A DNA stretch of 56,535 nt, the filler included, from Sphacelaria rigidula (taxonomy: Eukaryota), in the NCBI GenBank assembly GCA_964200075.2. It is 4 parts of 4 records of this genome, joined end to end, with 100 filler letters (N's around TTAATTAATTAA, not from the genome) between each part and the next. Parts side by side here need not be neighbours in the genome. Positions count along the whole stretch, not along the records: positions 1 to 14,061 come from CAXNAA020002480.1; 3 more parts are not named here. One strand, given 5' to 3'. The notes below the pieces were generated by a model. It saw only the letters and a list, made by a program, of their open reading frames with translations, made no database searches and was not told where the DNA came from. Numbering within the stretch: the first letter of the stretch is position 1; each line of letters begins with the position of its first letter. This document shows positions 1 through 11,720 of the stretch, piece after piece. The position numbers and the translations under genes were made by a program.

Positions 1-2005
1 GTGTGAGGAAAGCACTGTTTTAGGCTTGAACCTCACTCCAAAGTTAAACCTCAATTCGCACAATTTGTTGTTATTTGCTGTAACGTGGCCAATTCTGCAT
101 TCCGCGTGTGCTCTTCTTTACCTCAATCACTGGCGTGTGCTTACAGCCACACGTCGATATCTTACTCGGGGATATCAAGGGCCCCAGTGGTGAGCTACTT
201 ATTATTATTTCCGCACATTAGTCCGATCTCGCGAACCCGTGGTCACAGACGTAGGCTCGCCTTTTCAATACCGTTTCCTGCTACTCCTTACAAGGCACAT
301 TATCAAAAATAAAAATAAGATGAGAGACGCCACGAAAACCTACCACAGAAAGCATATTGAGCCTCGTGGCGGGGCATTTCGGAACCGAGACTAATTTTTT
401 CACTACTTGACCGCTTCCCACTCTCAATCTCACGAAAACAGTGGTGCACGCTGTCAGTCGAAGGGTTGGTTAGTCATGACCCTCGAGAAACGCGGATAAA
501 CGTGTCCGTTGACAGTCACTGAGCGATTACACCATGCGTGGGCAACACTTTCTACGACAGCCCCCCCCCCCAAAACCAGCTCAAAGTGCCACGAAAAGAA
601 TGGCCATAGAGCGCCTGATGTTCGGATTCAGGCTGCATGAAGCACCTCATATTGGCGGCATTGGCTAGAACGGACCCAAGCGTGGGAATTCCTGGCTTCT
701 CGTTGTGCTCGGCTTTTCTCTTTCCGATTCACGTGAAGATTTCGCCTCCAAAAGCCATGCACTTTTTTGGGGGGGGGGGCTATCGGAGAAAGTGTCGGGC
801 GGCTATTGAATTCGCCGGGCTGCTCCCAATAAGCAAACAGGTCAAGTAAGGTTGTGTCGCCGCTAATCATTTTCGATCGACGGAGTATGGTGGAAAACAA
901 AAATTACCGTCTGATTGGTCATGACTTCAACATAAATCACGATACTTGTAACCACGACCAATCGGTCCGATTTTTTTCTCCTCGCTCGGACATTTTCGAT
1001 CCGGAAAAAAATGTGCGAAGACACGCTTACGCTTAAAGCTGAAGTCAGTGTGATTGAAAGGTGACTTCCTCTTCGATGTGGACACCAACGCCGACAAAGC
1101 AAACGCATCGCGGCATATTTTTTACGTCATGAGAAGGGCGGGAGTATTATACCGCCAGACGCCCATGCTCAAACCTGTAGCACGTTCAAGACTCCAGTCT
1201 AGGACGGTTGGCCTCGGCAGATGTGAAACACGATACCAACACACGAAGATAAATGTTACAGATCGAGATGTGAACACACCTCCGAAGTTCATTATTACAT
1301 CATCACGAAGACGGGCAAGTGGAGCACATGTGGGTAGCAACACCTGATTGAATTAATGTTTGAAGTCTGAGCGAGAGGCGCGAACGCTCTAATGGATCAT
1401 CCTTCTCCCATGACTCCTCCCGCCCTCTCCCCCCCCCATCTCGGCACAGCACACAACAGCCATATATACCGACAAGTGTGTTGTCACAGATCGCACAGTC
1501 ACAGCATCAAGGCAAGTGAAAATGGATGAGACAACTCGAATAGGGTAAACCGCACCACACTCGAACACCACGCCCATCCGTTGGCAGTAATCGATCGGGC
1601 TCAACCAGCAGCGCATGTGGGCATCAAAATTCAAGACCACGCTAAAAATGAGGGTCAAGCTAGCGTTGCATGACCTCCGACTCCCCTCCGCCCCGGCAAA
1701 AATGTGCCTGGCCGAAATCACCTATCGTCCGCTGTGGTAAAAAAACATTCACGATAGAGTACACGACACTAAGTGCATGTATGTGGTAGAGTCACCACAC
1801 GAAGCGCCCAAACCTAGCACAAATACGCCAAGTACCAAGAGGTGAAGTCCGAGAACACAAACAACGCGGACGGGGGAACACGGCCGCAAGTTCGACGAAG
1901 AGGAACAAGACATGACACATAAGAAGAGGTGACACACTATGACGCTTGCCACACTCCATGCCACAAAACGAACAATCTCAGCGTGCGAATAACACGGAAA
2001 AGTTT

Positions 2006-2431
2006 TCAAAGCCTGTTCATGGTGGTCATGTCGACGGACTGCACTTCGTCTTCAAATGCCTCTATCGCGTCCGTGATGTCTTCCACGCCAACCTGAAAAT
2101 GACATGGTGACAACAAAAACAACGACAGCGACGCCGTTTCTTTCATGTGAGAGGCGAGACAAAAAAGCTGACGGAGCAATTAGAGGGCAATTTCCTCATC
2201 ACAGAGATGGGTTTATTTGGCGATATCTCGCTGCCGCTCCGAGATACGTTCGGTAGAAGGCATTCAGTTTCTAGCCCGGCCCAGCTCGTATGCGTACAAC
2301 TATGGTGTACATGCTCACCTTGTCATCCTCAACGACGCATGAGAGTACGAGCTTCTTCACGCCAAACGCCACGGGCACAAGCTTGTGTGCCTCACCCCAC
2401 GCGAGTCCGTTAATTTCGACCTTCCAAGAGG

Positions 2432-2469
<38 letters not shown>

Positions 2470-5400
2470 CGGCACACAAGAGAACACAAAGCAGGAGGAA
2501 GAGTTTCATTCATTGTGTGAATGTGTTCAAGACGGAAGAGAAAAAAAAAATGGTGAGGTGCATTATGCAGACCCATCTGTGCCGGTTCGGACGTGTCATA
2601 AGATATGATAACACTACATGTATTCGTGATCCTACTATTTCTTCTTCTCCTCTCCGTTCCTTTTTTCGTTAATATTCAAATCAACCCGTGTTATTTTCTC
2701 CTAGACCACGACTGATTCCATCTGGGATCAGTGGTGTGTCAGAGTCAATCAATAGTACCCAGGGGTACAACATGTGAGGATTTAATATTTTCGAGATCTA
2801 CACGTTACACTAGTTTCGTTTACATGTCACGTCAAGAGTCGTCTAAAGTTAAGCCAGGTTAGTACTACGGTGGGGGGCGACGTGGTGAGCCCTGATTTTG
2901 ACTTGATTTTCAAACAGGGTTGGTTCTCCACGTGGTCGATATCCCTCACCGTGATACCAGCCTGGCTTGACCTTCGACGTCAAACGTGACACGACGTGAC
3001 ACATAATTAGTGTCACCTTTCACGGTTAGGACAAATAACGACTCAAAATCACCAAAACCACAATTTTTTCGGCCTGATTGCCCAAAACGGAGAACAAAGT
3101 TGATCGCTGGTCCAAGCGGTATCCACGCAACTTTTGCGCCATCGCCATTCCACGTGTCTGGGCTGTCTCTACCTGGCTTGCAACGCTGAAATAAGGCCTA
3201 GGGATTGATTCGTCACGAGTCGACTCATGATACTAAAACCAAGTAATTACCGGACGAATCATTATTTGTCTGACCCTTGTAACCTTTGAATACTTCCGCC
3301 ATATATCTGATGTTCGTCGTTGTAATCGTAGACCCTGTAGGGTATGCCCGGAATTGGGGGATTTTGCAGGGTTTCATAGATACATTGAAGGCACAAAATT
3401 TTCCCCGGAATAGAACCTGCACTTTTCCGACCTACAGTACCTCATTTCGTTGTTACCTGTTGGACCACCCGAGCACACTGGAACAGCTTGTGTGATGAGC
3501 TAACGCTACAATTTCCAAGAGTGCGTTGTGTAGGGTATACTCGGAATCGGAAGATCATCGGTTGGTATACTAAACTGTAGAGGAATGTGTATCGAACAGT
3601 GCGGTATGGTTCGGGAGGGTATTTGCCGACAAAATACTTCTTGAATACGATCATACTGCATACCCGAATTCCAGACGGTATAAACCCTACAGAATACAAC
3701 CTTCAAGATTTTTTCACCCGGCCAGTCCATAAACAAGGACCTCATACAGGAAACAAGGTTAATCAACATATTGTACTCGGCATCATCTTAACGGTGGTCA
3801 GTTTTTTCAACACGTTTGACACGGTAGAGAGTGCCAAAAAATGGATACGATACACAAATCTTCAGCTGCATGGTCGTCACAGCCCCCCTCCCCAAAAAAA
3901 GAGCGCGCTGCAGGACAGTCCTTGAAAAAAAAATATGAAGCATGCGCAGATAAATGCTTCCAACCCTCCTCCTTCGCCATCTTTTCCCTTAAATATTCTT
4001 CCTCACCTTGCGGATTTTGTCAAACAGACCCTTGAGGTCGGTGTCCATGTCCCACGGCTTCACCTCGAACACGATCTGCGACCTGAATAATGCACGTCCA
4101 AAACACCACCAGCACAAACATACAATACCGAGCAATATCCCATCATCATCAATCATCATGGTTCGTGAGGCATACCAGATGCGCGTGTGACACGCAGCTC
4201 TCAACAACAGTGCTGGGAAGGACGTCAGAGGAAACCAGAAAGAGTTCGGGCAAGGAAAAAAAGGCGCGAAACTAGGCACCGGACAAGACAGCCGATCATC
4301 GAATTCGAGGATGGAGCTTCTCATTGAGGATGATGATCCGGAAAATCAAAATCTTCGAATCCACGCCAATTCTCCGAAATACGGTTCCATTATTTCATCT
4401 ACTGGTACCTATTGACAACTACTACACGCCATGAAAATTGGATTCCGATGACCGAGATATGGGGGTCCTAGGTGAAGAATAACTTTCGGGGATTTAGATG
4501 ATACGGCCGCATCATCAAAAATCCCAACATTTTCTTTTCACCTAGGAATCTCAATTTCGGTTATCGGAATCCAAATTTTATGGCGTGTAGTAGTTGTCAA
4601 CAGCTACCAGCAGATGAAGGAATGGAAGCATATCTCGAATAATTTGCATGCGAGGATTTCAAGTTCCCGGGTTATAATCCTCAACGGAAAGCTCCATACC
4701 TGATTTCGATGATCGGCTGTCATCACCTCAACGTGATAGCCGAGCACCACTTGCACGACGATGCCATGAGTAACGGAGCGGTCATGTCCCGCCCGATCAC
4801 AGAACACAAATTAACCTCGACAACGTTCGGTATTAGGCCGGATGTTATAGCACACAGATTTTTGGCACACGGATTGTTCACTTTTGGGACGTTCGAGTCA
4901 CTATTTCGAGCCCCAAACAGGGAAAATCGCCAACACACGTCTTGGACACTTTGCATCACCCCACAGAGAGGAGCCTAGCCCACTTCTCAGATTCGCTTGG
5001 CTCCAAGGTTCCCAGAGCGGCCGCTAAACAATAATCCGTGTGCAATAAAATCTACTGCGATTTCTACAGGTTATTGGGCAGACTGGCGGGGGTCGGCAAG
5101 CACAGATGATTGCACACGAATAACTGTTCCGCGGCCAATTTCGAAACCTCGGAGCCAGGCGAATCTGAAAAGTAGGCTAGGCTCCTCTCTGTGGGGTGAT
5201 GCCAAGTGTCCGACACGTATGTTGGCGATTTTCATTGTTTGGGGGTCGAAAAGTGGCTCAAACGTCCCAAAAGTGGACAATCCATGGGCCAGAATCTGTT
5301 CGCCATTACATCCGGCCTTACAAAAGGAAACCCCAACCAAAACCTACTGTGCTCGTGTACCGAAAAATTGTACCAGATGCTTCTCACTGCCCATGAACCA

Positions 5401-8400
5401 CTTTTTGATTCGATTCATCATTTCTTGACCAAATGGATTTCCTCAGAGGTCGACGAGCTGCTGGATTGCTGGTTCAATACCCAGTAATGTCATTATCCAG
5501 GTCACGGAAGAGCGATTAGATGGTCCCTTGGGACTACGGGCTCGTCCCGAGTAAGGCAGGAGGGGGAGGTGAGGGATGTGTACTCATGATCATGCATGCC
5601 ATGGTCATAAGGCCATAAGACCATTGGCCTCGCATCCCTTCAAAGCCGGGACGGAGCAAGCCGGGTTTTCGCCAGACCACGCTCGCCCTCAATCAAGCAC
5701 GAAGCGCTGAGATGTGTTCGGCGAGTCGCATGAAGGGTGAGATGCATCCTGCTAAGATTGGTCGGCCCGAAGCCTACTGGTTATCTTGCGTGACAGCCTG
5801 CAATGAGTTGCTTCATTCTTTTGGTATCGCCACTTCCAGAGACACTCACGGCTTGGACGTTGTCTTATGGTTGTCTCACCATTTAAACTTTACTTATTAC
5901 GATCATCCCCATTTTGCGCAATTGAGGTTCTCCGACGCCGCACAACATGATCTAGCTCGACTACCATCATGGCTACCGCGAAAAAAGCGCAAGCGCGCAA
6001 ACAAAATCGGAAAGCTGGTTGCCTAGCTTACGCATTGAGGGGGGTGTTTCACAGCGTCATCGCCAACCGACGCCGACCCCATCGGGGGTCCGCCCCTACA
6101 AACCCGGGATAGAGCACATCGGATCATCGCCGGACCAAGCGGGGGGAGAGGAGCAGGAGAGAGTATGAGCATGATCAAAAGCCAGAGATATGTGTCTCTC
6201 CGATGCTCTCTCCCCAACACCACCCTGGTTCGGGGACCGACAACGGATACTTTCGATGATGGCCGTGAAGAAGCTCAGAACACTACGGGGAATCGTTGTA
6301 TGGGTTAGCCCATATCTTCACGGCACAGTACCTGTCAATCTTTTTCTTGGCGTCCTTCGCCGCTTTGGCCGCAGCCATCTTCTCCGCTCGTGTCTCTGTG
6401 GGAGCGGCGGCCGGCGCTGGGGCATCGTCATCGCCGAATAAGTCATCCATCTTCATAAAAAAAAGGTACATGATAAGAAAAACACGTTTCAAGGGGGGAG
6501 GGGGAAAAGCAGAATGCTTGTGAAAATACACGAACTACGTTCACCCTAATCCCGGGGGCACATGAAAAGCGAAGGTCTCAGACATGACATATCAACAGGG
6601 GTTTGCATGGGCAAAAGGCTGTGATTTACAGGGAGCACGGTGAATGCCGTTGATGAAACTAACAAGATTACCACAAGTCGAGCCGCAGTGTGTGTGATTC
6701 CACGATCAATTGCACCGTGACACGCGTCGTCGGGAGAACGGGAGGTGCGGAGGAGAAACTCGAAGTTTTTGCCATTGGCGAGACAGGGTTGATCCATCAT
6801 GGATTGCTTGACGCACACAGCAAGACACGCAGAGCCGATGGTATCTCCAGAAAAGCCACCAGCTCACTCGTCTATCCCGGTTTACATCATGGCATCGCTG
6901 TACTATGACTTTATTACAGTAACATTCCTTTACTGGAGATTTTTCGCCCGAGCGCATGCTATGAAAAACAGAGGACTATCAAGACACTTCAGGCTGTAGT
7001 GCGTCGGCAGTATGATTGTCAAGTGCCCCTTGTCTTGGTTTTCGAGTGAATTTTCCGAGGGCGAAATGTAGAACTGGGTTTGGTGGACCATCAAACGCTT
7101 ATTTCATCAGGCATGATAAATGCTGTACAAAAAACGTACGCAGTCAGCGTGAGCTCATGCTCTCACTTGTCCATCATTTGCTGCATGCTCGCCCCAGCTC
7201 CCAGTGGGCGGTCAAACCACAGTGAAACGTCAAGGTGTTTGTTTCACCAAGCTGCAGTATGAGTATCGCATTGAGTTTCGATTGTTGGAATATCAGCGCA
7301 CGTGGCAGATTTTTTTTTCTCATCAACCACGTTGTGGTTCGTCAATCCATGAGCAAACGGAGTGCTGGCTATGCATTCAAATAAAAATGAAGCATGGTCC
7401 AATGAAATGTAATATTCAGAAGACATGATGCTATTGGCGTTGCGCAGTTAAGTGACTGCGCTTTCAGTTTTGGCAACACTTACAAAAGCCGGACAGCTCA
7501 TGAGCTACCTAAATATTGCCACGTAGGGTGCTGATCTGGAATATGGGCTAGCTCATTTGGCATTTGATCCCATATTTTCTCCCTAGAGCGCTGGACGCCG
7601 AGCACGGGGAGTAGCACAAAGGAAGCGCTTTGGCTTCTCAGACCCTGCTGTCACGTGTTTCGTTCTCTCGGACACCGGACCTGAGAGTCTAAGTTGATGA
7701 GCTCATCATCTGTGCAACGGGTTAACACTTACAGAGCAATGATGAGTACAGCTTCAAGCACTTTGATTCTTTTCACCACAAGTCTGCGTACATCTGATTG
7801 GCCACAGCAACTGACTTCGTCATCGTGGCGATAACAGCCATGGATTTCCCCCCCCCAGCGCGCGCCTATTTTTTCATTCTACTCTCCTCCTAGATCTGTG
7901 CCTGAAAATCTGACTTCTGATTGTGATGGGAAACTGTACCTAGTCTTGGCGAACGAAAAAATCGTCATCCGCATTCACGAGCCAAAACCCAAACCTGCGC
8001 ACGAACCCCGACACTAAGCCGAAGTTTCAGTGCAACCATCAAACCGTAGCGTGAGCAGGCACGGTGCTACTTGTGCCATAGATGTGGGGGGAGATTGTGT
8101 TGCCGAAGAGTGGATCGGGCATCATGATGCAGGTGGCGCGCCGTGCTACACCCCCTGGTTACTATTGTAGGAACATATCCCTATTTATGGTCCAAAATTG
8201 TCGGAGTATGCCTGATCTCGTTGTCCGCCCTACAATTTTTCCTCTGCAAAGTAGTTCGAAGGAACTCCGAGAGACGCTGCTCCTGTAGCGATGTCATTTC
8301 GTAGTCACCACATGATAACGACTTCTCTGACCCGCTGTTGCCCTTCCTCGGATCTTTTCAAGGGTCGGACAAATAGTGATTCATCTAAAAATTACTTGGT

Positions 8401-10556
8401 TTTAGTATCTTGAGTCGACTCGTTACGAATCAATCCCTAGGCTTCGATTTCAGCGTTGCAACCCAGATACACGCAGCCCAGACACGTGGAATGGCGCAGA
8501 AGTTGCGTGGATACCCCTCGGACCAGCGATCAAGTTCTTTCTCTCTTTTGGGCAATCAGGCCGAAGAAATCGTGAATTTGTTGATTTTGAGTCGTGATGA
8601 TATGTTCGAACCGTGGATCTTTCTAACACCGCATGTTTTCCCCTTGAAAAACGATCGACCCCGCAGGTGGACTGAGATGGACTATGCCACATTTGGGGTT
8701 CAGAGCAGCCTTTTTCTCGCTACACAAAGCGCCTTTTTTCGTTAACATGCGGGTGTTTGGTAATTACGCAGAGAATTGTCCCGGAGAACCCCTGACCTGC
8801 TTTGATCCTCCAATCAATTGCGTATAGCCTTTATGTGCGCTCCATGTCTTTGGTGTATAGAACGGCAAGGAATAGTCAGCGTGCCATCGCTCTCCGCTGA
8901 ACACAGTCTACTGCATGCTGCTGATGTCTCTGCTTAGTGTTCCGCAACAACACGACAGTGTGAGGCTATGCTGGCAAAGCATAAGGGGTCAGGCAGGCGG
9001 CGTGGACCATGAGCAAAGCAAAAAGCACTTCGTCTGTGTCCAAATTATTGATGATTGAAATATCAGCTCCAAAATGAGAAACACGACTAGACAGCGAAAT
9101 ACACTTGGTCGAGGGGACCAAAGTGACCATTTTGATAACCGTGATTGGTCAGAGTGGTCAGTCCGCTTCTCCCGGGGCTCGTTCCTGGTTTTTTACTGTC
9201 GGCGGGAAACGTGCAACACGCATGGTTGACTTGGTGTGTTTGTCCGTCGTCCAGCAAACAGACCCCCCCCCGCCTCCTGGAAAGCCTCGGATGTCCCCGG
9301 ACCGTTAGCCGGTAAAAATGTTCCGATCAAACGCTCGCTGTCCAAGGGTTAGACACTAGTCTACGTCGTTATTGCGAGTACAGAAATAGCCTGCCGATCA
9401 CGTTTGTCAACTGTACTTCAAAGCTCCACAAGATCTGACAGCGTGAGCCCTTGACTTTAAAATATTCACCTACCAACCCTCCATCGCTTGTTGGGTGTGG
9501 GGCCGGGACCGAGAGACAGCCATCCTTGACCCCTTAACCGGTGTGCAGTCATCAAATATTTGGGGGGCACACCAAACTGTACCATCGTGTCGACGCCACA
9601 TCCTTCAGATAAAATCACAGCGATCAATTCGATGACGCGAGCAGAACATGAATTCCGTATACGTTTACGGTACTATGCTGTACCAGCCAAGTCATGACTG
9701 CTACATGCCAGCGTTAGTGGGCAAATGATGAAAAGGCGGGACACTTCTCGCTCGTCTACCGTACCCTTCGATTGGACTCTTGTATGTTGCATACATAATC
9801 ATGTACTGCCGATGAGCTATCGTCCCTTCCCCTTCTGTGCCTGGCTCGAGGGTGCGAGCACAAAGTTGGGAATTGACGACATGCAACAGCTTGCCCCTGT
9901 TGCCCATCTTGCGGTTCAACAACGCTCTCTTCATCAATTACCACGCCATCGATGGAAGCAGGCAACCTAGGTACGTTTATCGTGTGCACGGGCCTCATGA
10001 GGCTCCGAATGCATACTGTGGATAACACCCCCTTCAACACCGCTTCACCTCTCCCACAGCGCAACGTAGTTGAAGACACAGCCAAGCACAGAGAGCACAG
10101 ACAGTACACAGGGTGCTCCGCACATATTTCTCTGATCTACCAGCAGTGCAGGCATATATTACGCTGAATGCAGCATTGGAAACGACAAGGGACGAGATCC
10201 AAGGAGCTTACGAGTAGTCGATACTTCCTCTTCGTGTTCTTGTGTCGTATATACTCGGCAGACTTGGATACCTCCAGCCATACGACGGGCACCCTCAGAG
10301 AAGTCTAGACATATCTACCCTATGCAATACCGCTACCGGGAACTACTGCCCCTAACGCTGAATGCACTACGCTACATTGCGTGCTCACATCATCATCGTC
10401 GTCCGTCTTTTTGGCCGGTGTTTCGACTTTTTTAGTGGCTGCGGGAGCGGGAGGTGCTGATCGCGCGGTAGCCACTACCGGCGCGCTTCCACCACCGAGA
10501 CTGACGTAGCTCAGGGCTACTGCCATTTCATCGAAAGACATGTCGCAAGTAGCCAT
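2006..10556 (-). CDS. EEF1B: Translation elongation factor 1-beta (eEF1B guanine-nucleotide exchange subunit), 5 coding exons, ~183 aa
   Basis: Exons 10556-10389, 6450-6332, 4082-4007, 2420-2319 and 2092-2006 join in phase through GT-AG introns. Product: MATCDMSF...[17 protein letters not shown]...[93 protein letters not shown]. It has the acidic DDLFG motif and the EF1B GEF-domain motifs VKPW, GLx[20 protein letters not shown] and VQSVD. Confidence 0.96.
2434..2466. repeat. (CA)n microsatellite beside an EF1B splice acceptor
   Basis: About 16 AC units. Confidence 0.9.
2803..3016. repeat. Imperfect inverted repeat (degenerate MITE or foldback) in an EF1B intron
   Basis: The left arm TGTCACGTC..AAGTTAAGCCAGGTTAGTACTACGGTGGGG is mirrored by CCTCACCGTGATACCAGCCTGGCTTGACCTT..GACGTGACA. 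Confidence 0.55.
3036..3248 (-). repeat. Dispersed repeat family A, copy 1
   Basis: Reverse complement of 8390-8595 and 42262-42378; shared core CAGCGTTGCAA.CCAG.TA.AC..AGCCCAGACACGTGGAATGG. Confidence 0.8.
4287..4721. mobile_element. 435-bp foldback (palindromic) element
   Basis: Ends are GACAGCCGATCATCGAA and TTCGATGATCGGCTGTC. Internal arms TTGACAACTACTACACGCCAT and ATGGCGTGTAGTAGTTGTCAA pair perfectly. The centre is CGGCCG at ~4506. Confidence 0.75.
4835..5318. mobile_element. ~480-bp foldback / long-TIR element
   Basis: Arms of ~220 bp are reverse complements (e.g. CATCACCCCACAGAGAGGAGCCTAGCC / GGCTAGGCTCCTCTCTGTGGGGTGATG) around a ~45-bp loop. Confidence 0.75.
5558..6090 (+). repeat. 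Dispersed repeat family B, copy 1
   Basis: Colinear with 20380-20915 and 20920-21362 (GGACGGAGCA..CGAAGCGC....ATGTGTTCGG..GTCGCATGA..CCAACCGAC). Confidence 0.8.
8390..8595 (+). repeat. Dispersed repeat family A, copy 2
   Basis: Highly similar to 3036-3248 (inverted) and 42262-42378 (direct). Confidence 0.8.
8655..9345 (+). repeat. Dispersed repeat family C, copy 1
   Basis: Shares CGCAGGTGGACTGAGATGGA..ACATTTGGGGTTCAGA and AAAGTGACCATTTTGAT..CCGTGATTGGTCAGA with 25598-26175 and, more divergently, with 55610-56470. Confidence 0.8.
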
Positions 10557-10996
10557 TTTCACGTGCTCAAGGTTGCACCTGCGTAGATACTGTACAACAG
10601 TCTCACACACAGTACAGCACGTTTTCGCCAGTAACGACCTCTGGGCTCTGGGCCCGAACGCTGGAGCGGCAGGCCGTTGGAAAATGGCATAGTCGCAACG
10701 TTTGGTGCGGGGCAATCCAGTTTCGTCGGCGGTTTCCTCCGCATCTCCAGGCCAGCCTGCAGCCCCTGAGGGTCGTCGAGAAGGAGCAAAGAGCGATTGC
10801 TGCTGCAACTTATCAAAATATTCCGTGAAAGAGACGTATAGTTGCCGTCGCTTCTTGCAACGAAGCAAAAATGGAATGAATTTGCGTGTTATATCTATCT
10901 TCGAACATTACAGATGTACCGCTCGTGTCCTGGCAAGTTGGCGTAACCCTACGATAGCTCTTTTCCCTCATCAATCAAGCGCTTTCCGGGTTCGAC
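10557..10996. promoter_or_regulatory. Putative bidirectional promoter and 5' UTR region between EF1B (-) and the EB1-like gene (+)
   Basis: The divergent ATGs at 10556 and 10997 are only 440 bp apart, and no repeats were recognised between them. Confidence 0.55.
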
Positions 10997-11720
10997 ATGT
11001 CGAATGTCGGCATCAGTGCGACGCGCTGGACATCGAGCGGACTCGTTGCTTGGTTGAACTTAGTCCTGCAGGTAAGCGCGTGTGTATTCTCTCTACAATG
11101 CAGTAGAGAGTGAAGCCTTGACAGGCTTTTGTCATGAATGGCGCGGGGTGGCATTCTATTAATAGGAGGTCGTACAATTGCACTCTATATTTTACTGCCT
11201 TGCCGTGCCGATGTGCCGCTTTGCTGCAGCTGTGTTGCTGTGCTGCGTTGTGTTGTGCTGATATGCAGTCCTGATCGTACCAACAGTTGTCAGCGGTGTG
11301 TACTCTAGTGTCGGAGCAGCCGTGTGTGTAGCGTTGCTGTAGAGATAGTTGTAAATGCGACAGCAGCGGTATTCAGCTCCATCTACTGTCCGACTATACT
11401 GTGCGGTATTGTATGCACGTATCACATACAACCGACCGCGCACCCCGCCTACTGGCTCTGTCTCCGTTTTCCGTCTGCTCTGTCGCGCTTGCACCTCTTG
11501 ATTCTTGATTGCGCCACGATTGCCTGAATTACTCTCCTACCCACAGCTCGATGGTAGGGACTCTCGCTCCGGACCTCTTGTGTCATTGAAGGAAGCTGCA
11601 ACCGGGTGTTACCAAGCGCAGGTGCTAGATGCCCTCTTACCAGGGGCGGTGAGGATGGAGCTCGTCGTGTGGGGGAACCACGGTAGGCTGCTTGAACACG
11701 AAGTCCTGAACAATTACAAG
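10997..11720 (+). CDS. 5' exons of an EB1/MAPRE-like calponin-homology (CH) domain protein
   Basis: Exon 10997-11071 reads MSNVGISATRWTSSGLVAWLNLVLQ, with donor GTAAGC. Exon 11547-11720 (acceptor CCACAG) reads LDGRDSRSGPLVSLKEAATGCYQAQVLDALLPGAVRMELVVWGNHGRLLEHEVLNNYK. These match the EB1 CH pattern L.W+N..LQ / +E....G..YCQ.+D.L.PG.+.+..V / LEHE...N+K. Assigned by motif recall. Confidence 0.75.

Noticed and set aside
10557..10868. Open frame extending EF1B upstream
   Set aside because: No in-frame ATG; the ATG at 10556 has good context (GAAAATGG).
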